A stretch of DNA of 32,000 nt from positions 2,910,001 through 2,942,000 of the forward strand of contig NZ_CP147990.1 in assembly GCF_037902255.1 (NCBI RefSeq), written 5' to 3'. The translations under genes and the position numbers were made by a program. Source of the DNA: Candidatus Electrothrix sp. GW3-4 (GTDB lineage Bacteria; Desulfobacterota; Desulfobulbia; Desulfobulbales; Desulfobulbaceae). Position 1 is the first letter of the stretch, and the number at the start of each line of letters is the position of its first letter. Shown piece by piece: positions 24,555 to 32,000 of this stretch. The notes beneath the pieces were generated by a model, which saw only the letters and a program-made list of their open reading frames with translations, did not search any database and had not been told where the DNA came from.

Positions 24555-25160
24555 ATAAAAAACCGAGCCCGGAGGGCCCGGTTTTACGATAACCCCTAAA
24601 AGGGGATAAAATGCTTTTGCCCCCAGAGGGGGCAAAAGTGAGCTGCCCTCTTTATTAAACTGACATTTGGGAAGAGTTAATGGATTGTCTTTTCAGAATC
24701 CTTTTCTTTCTCTTCCTGGTACTTAATATACTTACGAATCATCTCTGTATCAAGACCGACGGTATCAACACAGTAACCGCGAGCCCACAAGTGATTACCC
24801 CAAAAAGGCCTCTGCTTCAATTTACGGAACTTATTGAAAACTCGAATTGCTGTCCGACCTTTAACAGTTCCCATATAAGTTGATACTGAAACTTTGGGCG
24901 GTATCATCACAAGAAGATGAACATGGTCAACCTGTACATTCAACTCTATCAACTCACATTTCTGAGCTGAAGTGAATGTTTTTATGCAATCTTCAACTTC
25001 CTTTTTTGTACTGCCTTTCAAAACTCTGAAACGGTATTTGGGACAAAATACTATATGATATTGGCAATGCCATACCGTTTGTGATAATTTACGAAATCTA
25101 CTCATTTGTTACTCCTTGGTTGTAGTTGTTGTCGAGGCAACTCAACCTTGGGGTAACAAA
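24555..25160 (-). mobile_element. IS200-type unit B (tnpA only); boundaries approximate
   Basis: Hairpins downstream of tnpA are AAAACCGAGCCC-gga-GGGCCCGGTTTT (24559-24585), CCCCT-aaa-AGGGG, and the perfect CTTTTGCCCCC-aga-GGGGGCAAAAG (24614-24638). A long imperfect hairpin at 25106-25159 covers the tnpA RBS. Confidence 0.6.
24677..25105 (-). CDS. tnpA: IS200/IS605-family Y1 (HUH) transposase TnpA, a second and clearly different copy
   Basis: YHIVFCPKYRFRVL, HUH motif VDHVHLL, WARGYCVDTVG, RKYIKYQ. Confidence 0.9.
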   Translation of the reverse strand: MSRFRKLSQTVWHCQYHIVFCPKYRFRVLKGSTKKEVEDCIKTFTSAQKCELIELNVQVDHVHLLVMIPPKVSVSTYMGTVKGRTAIRVFNKFRKLKQRPFWGNHLWARGYCVDTVGLDTEMIRKYIKYQEEKEKDSEKTIH

Positions 25161-25876
25161 TCACTGCTCAGATGGCAAAGCCATTGAGCTCTGACCTTGC
25201 CCTGAGGGCAAGGTTTTCACTGCTAGAATAAAATTGATTCCTGTTGCTTGATTTTCAGCAACAGGAACAGAAACCGCATCTGCGCAATTGGTAGAAGGAA
25301 TCTCCGATGCAGTTCTCCAACCGATAAATTTGCCAGCCTCGTTGAGTAAGGCCAGATAATATTCACCCGTCGGTAGCACTGGAGAATTGAACAGCCCTGA
25401 TAATGCCGTAACCTCTGGTCCCTCTTCCAGTATCGCACAGCTCTCTTGAAAACGGATATGATAAATATCATCAACCAGAGTATCCCCATCGGCTTGATAA
25501 ATACTGCCCCGGATTGAAGGTGCTAATTCGAGTTGAAAATCATTCTGAATACTTTCTTCATCTTCGATTATCCGCACTTCTTTACTCTGATACACATAAG
25601 GTGTATCCTCCCAGTCACTCGGGATCATTATAAGATAGCGTCCAGGCGGGATAGAAAATGAATACATTCCATCCGAATCGGTTTGTGTCCATAGGGAGTA
25701 AATATTCGACATTTGATTCGCCAGATGAACATTAAACTCATCTTTACACCAGCAACCGGCCCATTACTACCCGTTACCGTACCGTATATGGTTGCAGCTG
25801 AGGCCAAGCTGGGTAATCCCAAACACCAGACCGCAAGAAGAGAACAAAACACCAATATATATTTTCGAGCCTTCAT
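25161..25876 (-). pseudogene. CarboxypepD_reg-like exported protein, disrupted by a frameshift near 25741-25745
   Basis: ORF 25628..25876 carries the signal peptide plus ATIYGTVTGSNGPVAGVK. ORF 25161..25712 is in another frame and continues upstream as ...KDEFNVHLANQMSNIYSLWTQTDSDGMYSF. Joining the two at gtaAAAGatgag restores GVK-DEFNVH, matching the paralogue (GVRVTVH ... TETDGTYSF). Confidence 0.7.
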
Positions 25877-25921
25877 GATTATCCCGCTAAGTGGTTAATG
25901 ATTAAGCACCATTTCCCATTG

Positions 25922-27340
25922 CTATTTGAGCAGAAGCAGCTGGTAAGCAGGCAGCAAAACAGATTTGCTATTAAGGACGAAATCTACTCCAGCTGTTGTG
26001 TGATCTTCATCAACATGCACAGGCACTGCGTCTGAACACGCAGCTACTGGCATACCGGATGAAGTTCTCCAGCCGACCAACTCCCCGGACTCATTTAACA
26101 AGGCCAGTAAATAATCGCCCGCTGGCAATACCGGCGAAGTATATTGCCCCGAGACAACAGCAACCTCTGCTTCATCCCCCACAGTTGTACAACTTTCCTG
26201 AAAACGAACAGAGTAGACATCACCCACCAAGACCTGCTTGCCTGCCTGAAAAACAGATCCGCTGATATTCCCGCCCGTACCAACCTGGAAATTCCACTGG
26301 TCAAATACCTGTTCTGGATCGTCAGCGGTTACGATTAATCTTTCCGCCTGCTGACAATCTGGGCTGCTGTCCGTATTAACACCGGTGAGCCATTCATCTG
26401 TATCACCATAATGATATGATTTGGCATAATACGTACCGGGGCCCAGACCGGTAACAGCATAGGCACCATCTTCTTAGACATACACAGTATATTTATTAAG
26501 AATTGAATCAGAAGCCATTGAACATGCGTCCTCAGCAGTGGTCTCGGTCACAACTACCTTGTAGCTATAACTGGACACTTCGGGTTGTTGATAGAACTTT
26601 CCCGTCACCGTTGCTCCAGAATCCAGTTGAAAATCCACCCCATTGATCTGAGATCCTGGAGAGGTGATGTCTATCGCCCCTGCCAGTTCAAGCGTATCAG
26701 GCACGCTGATGGCTCCTATACTCCACTCCGGGATATAATTGACTGTACCATCGCCTTGCACTGACACATTAAAGCTCCTCCCAGATGGTAAACCTGATAT
26801 ATTGTAACTGCCGTCTGATTCTATGGATGCCTTATAAGGATAAAAAGCTCCCCCCTCTGCAGGATGAACCTCTACCTTAATATGTTCTTTCTCATCACTC
26901 GTCAGCATCTCGCCGTTCGCCTTGCGAAGAGTTCCGCTGATTGTTGATGCCAGTTCGAGTTGAAAATCGACCTGGACGCTTTGCTCTTCTCCGGTTATTT
27001 CTATATTTTTTTGCTGGTACACATATGGTCTGTCGTCCTCCCAGTTGACTTGGGCGGAAACCCCGTACTCACCAATTGGATCCTTAGGATAAAGATCAAT
27101 AAAAGAATATGTCCCATCGGTCTCCGTTAGAATATCATCAGACCAGGATGTACAGCCCAGACCAAGATAACCTAATGAAAGACAGATAGTTCTATGTACT
27201 GTTACCCGAACACCTCCAACCGGTCCGTTACTATCCGTGACCGTACCATGTATTGTTGCGGCTGAAGCCGGGAAGAGCAAGCCTGAAAGCAACACCGTGA
27301 GACCACAAAGCAACGCTAATCCATATTTTCGAGTCCTCAT
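25922..27340 (-). pseudogene. CarboxypepD_reg-like exported protein, a single reading frame interrupted by one in-frame TAA (26474-26476)
   Basis: ORFs 26474..27355 and 25922..26230 are in the same frame. My manual translation of 26231-26473 is open (EDGAYAVTGLGPGTYYAKSYHYGDTDEWLTGVNTDSSPDCQQAERLIVTADDPEQVFDQWNFQVGTGGNISGSVFQAGKQVL). The C-terminal module is homologous to that of 25161..25712. Likely start is ATG 27340 after GGGAGGG. Confidence 0.7.
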
Positions 27341-27591
27341 CGTTATCCCTCCCATTATGAGCAGTGATCCTGCGCGTTATATTGAACCAAAAAATCTACC
27401 GAGCTTCTGCCTAAGCTTATCTTAATACCCAGCGCAAGACAATGTTAACACGACACTATCGAGCGGCACCCTGCCGTATTCCGGGAATTATCCTTGTGCC
27501 GCAAGAAAATTCAAAAATTCTTTTTCAGCAAAGGACTACAGGCAAAGAGAGGCGAGGGAAGATTTTTGAAAAGAGAAGAGCGAGGAAGCAA

Positions 27592-28614
27592 TCAGGACAG
27601 TATCCTAACCGTACCGCGCGGCAAGGCGGAATCTGTGTTCAGAACAATACGCTGCCAGAGCCCAAGCTGTTGCAGACGCCTGACGTTTGCAGACTTCATG
27701 CCCCGAAAGACGGACTGGTCCCGCTGATTGATACAGAGATGGACCGTGCCCTCAGCAGGAACTTGCACGAGTAGCTTTCTTGTCCGGTGCAGCATCAGAC
27801 GGGAGGCCACCAGTTCACCAAAGGCTGGGTGCCAGGGCCCAGCCAGCAGCGAGGCCTCCAGCTCTGGCCCAGCCTGTAAGCCCATGCGTACCACTCGGAT
27901 ATCGGCCTGATCAAACCGCTGCTTCATCCAGGCAGTCAGAATCACGGCCTTATCCAGACTCAAGGGCGTATATTCCCCTCGCCTGTATTGCTCAGCCAGT
28001 TCACTGTGCTGCACAATCAGGAGAGGGTAGATACGGACAAAATCAGGCTGAAGCGCAATAACGCGCTCAACAGTTCTGCGCAGGGAGGTGCGGGTATCAC
28101 CGGGCAAGCCTAACATCAGCTGAATGCCGACCTCCATTCCGGCCTGTCGAAGGATGGGAACAGCCTGTTCAACATCAACAGCCTGATGACCACGCTTTGC
28201 CTGGGTCAGCACCCGATCATTCATGGACTGGACCCCGAGCTCCACCGTGGAGACCTGATATTTCCGCAGCAGGGCGACCCGCTCCTGATCGATATAATCA
28301 GGCCGAGTGGACAGGCGCAGGCTCTGCACTCGACCCTGCTCCAGAAACGGGTTAAGAGCTCCAAGCAATTCTTCCTGCCGCGTCTGCATCAAGCCGGTGA
28401 AGCTTCCACCGTAAAAGGCCACCTGGACCTTGCGCTTGCCCGGGCCTTTTCTCTTTAACCAGGTTTGGACGGTTTCCCGCACATCCTCAGCATGCACCGG
28501 TTGTTCTGTAAACCCACTGATCCGCTGCTGGTTACAGAACACACAGCAATGTGGGCAGCCCTCATGGGGGATAAAAACAGGAATAACCAGGAGGGAATCA
28601 GGCCTCATCTGCAT
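27592..28614 (-). CDS. radical SAM enzyme (Elp3/MiaB/NifB-type core)
   Basis: IPVFIPHEGCPHCCVFCNQ (CxxxCxxC), TIM-barrel-like core motifs (VAFYGGSFTG, STRPDYI, VELGVQS). The start is 12 nt after the upstream protease stop. Confidence 0.8.
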   Translation of the reverse strand: MQMRPDSLLVIPVFIPHEGCPHCCVFCNQQRISGFTEQPVHAEDVRETVQTWLKRKGPGKRKVQVAFYGGSFTGLMQTRQEELLGALNPFLEQGRVQSLRLSTRPDYIDQERVALLRKYQVSTVELGVQSMNDRVLTQAKRGHQAVDVEQAVPILRQAGMEVGIQLMLGLPGDTRTSLRRTVERVIALQPDFVRIYPLLIVQHSELAEQYRRGEYTPLSLDKAVILTAWMKQRFDQADIRVVRMGLQAGPELEASLLAGPWHPAFGELVASRLMLHRTRKLLVQVPAEGTVHLCINQRDQSVFRGMKSANVRRLQQLGLWQRIVLNTDSALPRGTVRILS

Positions 28615-28626
28615 TGAAGAGAACCT

Positions 28627-30666
28627 TTACTTACCAGCAAAATCCGCGCTCTGAAAAAAACGCTGGCAATTCTGTTCCATATCTTGCTCTTCTGCCGTGG
28701 AGGTCTTAGAGGCGCAACCAACTGTAAAGATCTTTTTTATTTTCTGACCGTTGGGATCGGTAATCGTCTTTCCTGGTGGCATGATGGATTTCTGAATAAC
28801 AACTCTATAACCTTGAGCAATCTTTTTGCCGGAGAAATCACCGGTACCCGAGATACTCTCTTTCCATGTTCTGACATATTCCTCAGCACTGAACGGGCTG
28901 GGCTCAAATAACGGTCGAATGGTGCATGAGGCAGCGCCCCCTTTTTCTGGAGATAAGGAAAACAGAATCAGGTCCTCGGCAAGAAGCTGATCATTGGCAT
29001 AGCCAAAGTGCAGCCCCAGACTTGAGTCACCAGTAATTTCAGGATCCTTCAAATCAAGTTGAAAATCTTTCAGGCGAATTCCGGTCTGATCTCCCTTGTG
29101 GCTGATTTCAGCCTGTTGCAAAGAGGCAGGTAGGTACTTTTCGCCAAGGGCAAGGTACTCCTCCCAATCGTCAAGACTCCCCTCATAACCAGCAACCAGT
29201 TCGTTACATGTTTCATGGGAAGCAGCAATATAATCCCGTGTAAGCAGGCCCGTCCACGCACTTCGAATGGTACAAACAGCTCCTCCCGGGGAAGGGAGAC
29301 AGTTACTATAAAGAAAATCGTTACTATAAGGAATATACCAGAGAGAAGAAGTCCATCGTCTGCCCAGCTTATCAGGCCATATCTCGATTTTCTCTGGCTC
29401 ACCTAAGCTCGTGATAGCGACCCGTTCCCTCCCGATATAGCGAAAATAGGGTGCAGTACTGAGCACAGTGTCCAGAACCATAGCCGGAGAGTCCAAAAAC
29501 GTTTTCAAATCGATTTCTGGCGGTTTTTCCACAATCGCCAGCATATCAAAATAATCAGAATTAGGGTGACGAAACCGATTCATCTTGTGATGAAGAGGAC
29601 CATGATAAACATTTTGCCCCTCCGCAAGCGGTTCTTTTTCCAGCTTCACCTGCTTGGCTGTCCACTTCCTGAAACTGATATCAGGAATGACAGGGGCGAG
29701 TCCGTGAATAATCGGTTGTTCTCTGAGAGAATAACGAAAGCGCTTCCCTTCTGGAAAATTCTTTTCTTTGACCTGCTCTTGCAATTCCTTGCGCAAATTT
29801 CTGTAAAAGCCCTTCAGGGAATCTTGGGTCTGCTGCGCAAATTCGGAAACCGATGCAGGCAGGGCGGCGGTATAGGACCAGTCTTTGCTGAGCGTGGCAG
29901 CAGTCCCCCAGATCCCCACACGAACATTGCGGGAGTAAAATTCTGCCCTGTCTCCCAACTTCTTCGCTTCAGTAATCGGGACCGCGATATTATAATTTTC
30001 ACTCCGGTTACCTTTAACAATCACTCCAATGACTTCCCCCGCTGTATTCAGCAGTGGCCCGCCGCTGTTGCCCGGAGATGATGGGGATGAAAAACGAATA
30101 TCCTCCCATTCTCCATAGTCCCATTCAGGGGTGAACGAGGCCACCTGCCCAGCACGATAGGCTATGCCCTCTCCCAATGTATTTCCCACAGAAAAAACGG
30201 TATCACCAACCTCAACCTGACTGTTAAAATGGAGCGGAGTGATTTTATCTGGATATTCCTTCAGATCAAAGACCACCATGTCCCTGCGGGAGGAGCACTT
30301 AAAAACCTTATTAAGCGGATAGGTCTTTCCGTTTCTGTCGCGGATAAAAAAATCTTTATGGAGGGAAAAATACCGCAGATCTAAGACATGCTCCGCAGTC
30401 ATCAATTTTTTCTCACTGATAAAAAACGCCGTTCCTATGCTATGATACTTCTCATTTCGCTGCACATAGGCCAACTTTTCAAAAGGGAGTTTTCTGGCAT
30501 AGGTTATATTGTCATCTTCCAATTTTGGTGTAACGACCTCATAAACACCGTCATTGAGTTTCTGAATCAGCCCTTTGTCCAGAAACTCAATATTATTACC
30601 GGCAGATGCCCCTGCGCACAGCAACAAGGAGAGAGAAAGAGACCAGAAGGTCGCAAAAAACTTCAT
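28627..30666 (-). CDS. secreted trypsin-like (S1/chymotrypsin-fold) serine protease with a ~430-aa C-terminal domain of unknown function
   Basis: Signal peptide MKFFATFWSLSLSLLLCAGASA. The His (LMTAEHVL), Asp (RRDMVVFDL) and Ser (SPGNSGGPLL) triad motifs appear in the trypsin order. I recognise nothing in the remainder of the protein. Confidence 0.8.
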   Translation of the reverse strand: MKFFATFWSLSLSLLLCAGASAGNNIEFLDKGLIQKLNDGVYEVVTPKLEDDNITYARKLPFEKLAYVQRNEKYHSIGTAFFISEKKLMTAEHVLDLRYFSLHKDFFIRDRNGKTYPLNKVFKCSSRRDMVVFDLKEYPDKITPLHFNSQVEVGDTVFSVGNTLGEGIAYRAGQVASFTPEWDYGEWEDIRFSSPSSPGNSGGPLLNTAGEVIGVIVKGNRSENYNIAVPITEAKKLGDRAEFYSRNVRVGIWGTAATLSKDWSYTAALPASVSEFAQQTQDSLKGFYRNLRKELQEQVKEKNFPEGKRFRYSLREQPIIHGLAPVIPDISFRKWTAKQVKLEKEPLAEGQNVYHGPLHHKMNRFRHPNSDYFDMLAIVEKPPEIDLKTFLDSPAMVLDTVLSTAPYFRYIGRERVAITSLGEPEKIEIWPDKLGRRWTSSLWYIPYSNDFLYSNCLPSPGGAVCTIRSAWTGLLTRDYIAASHETCNELVAGYEGSLDDWEEYLALGEKYLPASLQQAEISHKGDQTGIRLKDFQLDLKDPEITGDSSLGLHFGYANDQLLAEDLILFSLSPEKGGAASCTIRPLFEPSPFSAEEYVRTWKESISGTGDFSGKKIAQGYRVVIQKSIMPPGKTITDPNGQKIKKIFTVGCASKTSTAEEQDMEQNCQRFFQSADFAGK

Positions 30667-30793
30667 AGGACAGCCCCCATAAACTCTAAGAATTTGCTCT
30701 TAAAAAAACCGGATACGGTTGGAGTTCAGTACCAACCCATGCATACAAGGGACAGAGGATGAAACGAGGAATAACGACGAACGAAGACAAAGA

Positions 30794-30816
30794 AATCAGG
30801 CCTCATCCGCATTGAA
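30794..30816 (-). other. duplicated remnant of the 5' end of the radical SAM gene, downstream of the second protease copy
   Basis: aatcaggcctcatcCgcattgaa (30794-30816) versus aatcaggcctcatcTgcattgaa (28596-28618) is 22/23 identical. The latter spans the ATG and first codons (MQMRPD) of the radical SAM gene; the former opens only a 29-codon ORF. Confidence 0.75.
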
Positions 30817-30826
30817 TCCCCGCCCC

Positions 30827-32000
30827 TTACTTGCCAGAAAACCCGACACTCTCAAAGAAACGCTGGCAATCCTGTTCCACATCTTTGTCCTCTGCTGTTG
30901 AGGACTTATAGGTACAACCTACCGTAAAAATCTTTTTTATTTTCCGGCCATTGGGATCGATAATCGTCTCTACTGTCGGCAAGACTGTCTTCTGGATAAC
31001 CACCTGATTGCCTTTGGCAATCTTTTTCCCGGAGAAATCACCGGTTCCAGAGACAGCCTCTTCCCAGGTACCCGTATAGGCATCAGAGCTGAACGGGCTC
31101 GGCTCATAATACGCTCGAATCACGTAAGAGGCAGGACGCCCCTTTTGTGGAAAGAGTCCCAGCATGACCAGGTCCTCAGCAAGGAGCTGATCATTAGCAT
31201 AACCAAGATGCAGACGCAGGCTTGATGCACCGGTAATGTCAGGATGCTGTAAATCAACCTGAAAATCCTTCAAGCGGATCCTCGCTTGTCCCTCCTTATG
31301 ACTGATCTCGGCCTGCTGAAAATAGGCTGGCAAATACTTCTCTCCCAGGGCAAGATACTCCCCCCAATCATCGAGACTCCCCTCATAACCAACGACCAGT
31401 TCATCGCTGCCCTCCTGGACCGTGCCAAAATAATCCAGCCCAAGAACATCGGTCGACTCATCCAGGACATTACAAATCACGCCACGGGGATAAGGAAGAC
31501 AATGGGTATACAAAAAATGATCCCCATAGGGTATGTACCAGAGAGAAGAATGCCAGGTGCGGCCGAGGTTATCCTGCCAAATATCCTTTTTCACCGGTTC
31601 GCCAAGACTGGTGACAGCCACCTTATCTGTCCCAATATAGCGAAAATAGGGAACTGCGGCAAACAAGGTATCCAGAATCATTTTCGGAGACTCCAGAAAG
31701 GTTTTGAGCGCAATGTCCTCTGGCTTTTCAATGATGGCCTGCATGTCAAAAAATTCAGATGGGCCATGATAGACATTCTGCTCTGCTGCCAGGGGTTCTT
31801 TTTCCAAACGCCGGGATCTGACCGTCCATTTCCGAAAATTAACATCCGGCATGATGAAGGAAGCGCCGTGTATGAGGGCCTGGTTCCTTAAATAAAAACG
31901 AAACCGTGGGCTGCGGGGAAAATCCTTCACTTGTACCTTTTCGAGCAGTTCTTTTCGCATCCTCTGATAAAAAGTACCCAAGGACGCCTGGGTCTTCTGG
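30827..32000 (-). CDS. paralogue of the 28627..30666 protease (only the C-terminal unknown domain lies in the window; the 5' end is beyond the right edge)
   Basis: The frame stays open to position 32000 (..QKTQASLGTFYQRMRKEL parallels QQTQDSLKGFYRNLRKEL). Collinear similarity runs through to the shared C-terminus FTVGC..K.STAE..D.EQ.CQRFF.S..F.GK. Confidence 0.8.
   Translation of the reverse strand, partial: QKTQASLGTFYQRMRKELLEKVQVKDFPRSPRFRFYLRNQALIHGASFIMPDVNFRKWTVRSRRLEKEPLAAEQNVYHGPSEFFDMQAIIEKPEDIALKTFLESPKMILDTLFAAVPYFRYIGTDKVAVTSLGEPVKKDIWQDNLGRTWHSSLWYIPYGDHFLYTHCLPYPRGVICNVLDESTDVLGLDYFGTVQEGSDELVVGYEGSLDDWGEYLALGEKYLPAYFQQAEISHKEGQARIRLKDFQVDLQHPDITGASSLRLHLGYANDQLLAEDLVMLGLFPQKGRPASYVIRAYYEPSPFSSDAYTGTWEEAVSGTGDFSGKKIAKGNQVVIQKTVLPTVETIIDPNGRKIKKIFTVGCTYKSSTAEDKDVEQDCQRFFESVGFSGK

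Noticed and set aside
27356-27591. Plus-strand ORFs 27442..27774 and 27494..27727, and a GGCAC motif as a sigma-54 promoter for the CarboxypepD_reg gene.
   Set aside because: The ORFs are basic, low-complexity and overlap the radical SAM 3' end. The GGCAC has no GC element at the -12 position.

Overview
Chromosomal window from a Gram-negative bacterium. It carries a Tol envelope cluster, a sigma-54 activator and several radical-SAM and anaerobe-type genes; a Desulfobacterota-like origin is only my guess. Almost all genes are on the minus strand.

Left to right:
- (1) A reading frame of more than 1091 codons encoding a CHAT protease, STAND P-loop NTPase and TPR protein. It is absent from the supplied ORF track because it runs off the left edge without a stop codon.
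- (2) trpG-trpE, rpsT, an exported pentapeptide-repeat protein, an SH3b protein and tlyA.
- (3) cpoB-tolB-tolA-tolR-tolQ, with no pal gene.
- (4) A thioredoxin-reductase-like flavoprotein, a YgbA-like Cys-rich protein and a DUF4124-like exported protein.
- (5) A gene-free island of about 1 kb (16453-17439) with a 21-nt-period array of CCTC/GAGG motifs, a 9-nt tandem repeat and a strong minus-strand terminator.
- (6) A TPR-methyltransferase, a radical SAM enzyme, wrbA and a BLUF photoreceptor.
- (7) A small candidate sigma-54-driven operon (LysW-like zinc ribbon plus an 83-aa protein), divergent from an NtrC-type activator with a degenerate receiver domain.
- (8) Two different IS200-type tnpA units in tandem with GC-rich hairpins.
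- (9) Two paralogous CarboxypepD_reg-like exported proteins, both disrupted (one frameshift, one in-frame TAA).
- (10) A radical SAM gene preceded by two tandem, diverged trypsin-like protease paralogues. The duplication carried along the first ~20 nt of the radical SAM gene.

The best candidates for something new are the CHAT-STAND-TPR gene, the repeat-rich noncoding island and the protease/radical-SAM tandem. No CRISPR array, rRNA or tRNA was seen. All calls rest on reading the sequence by eye; no searches were run.
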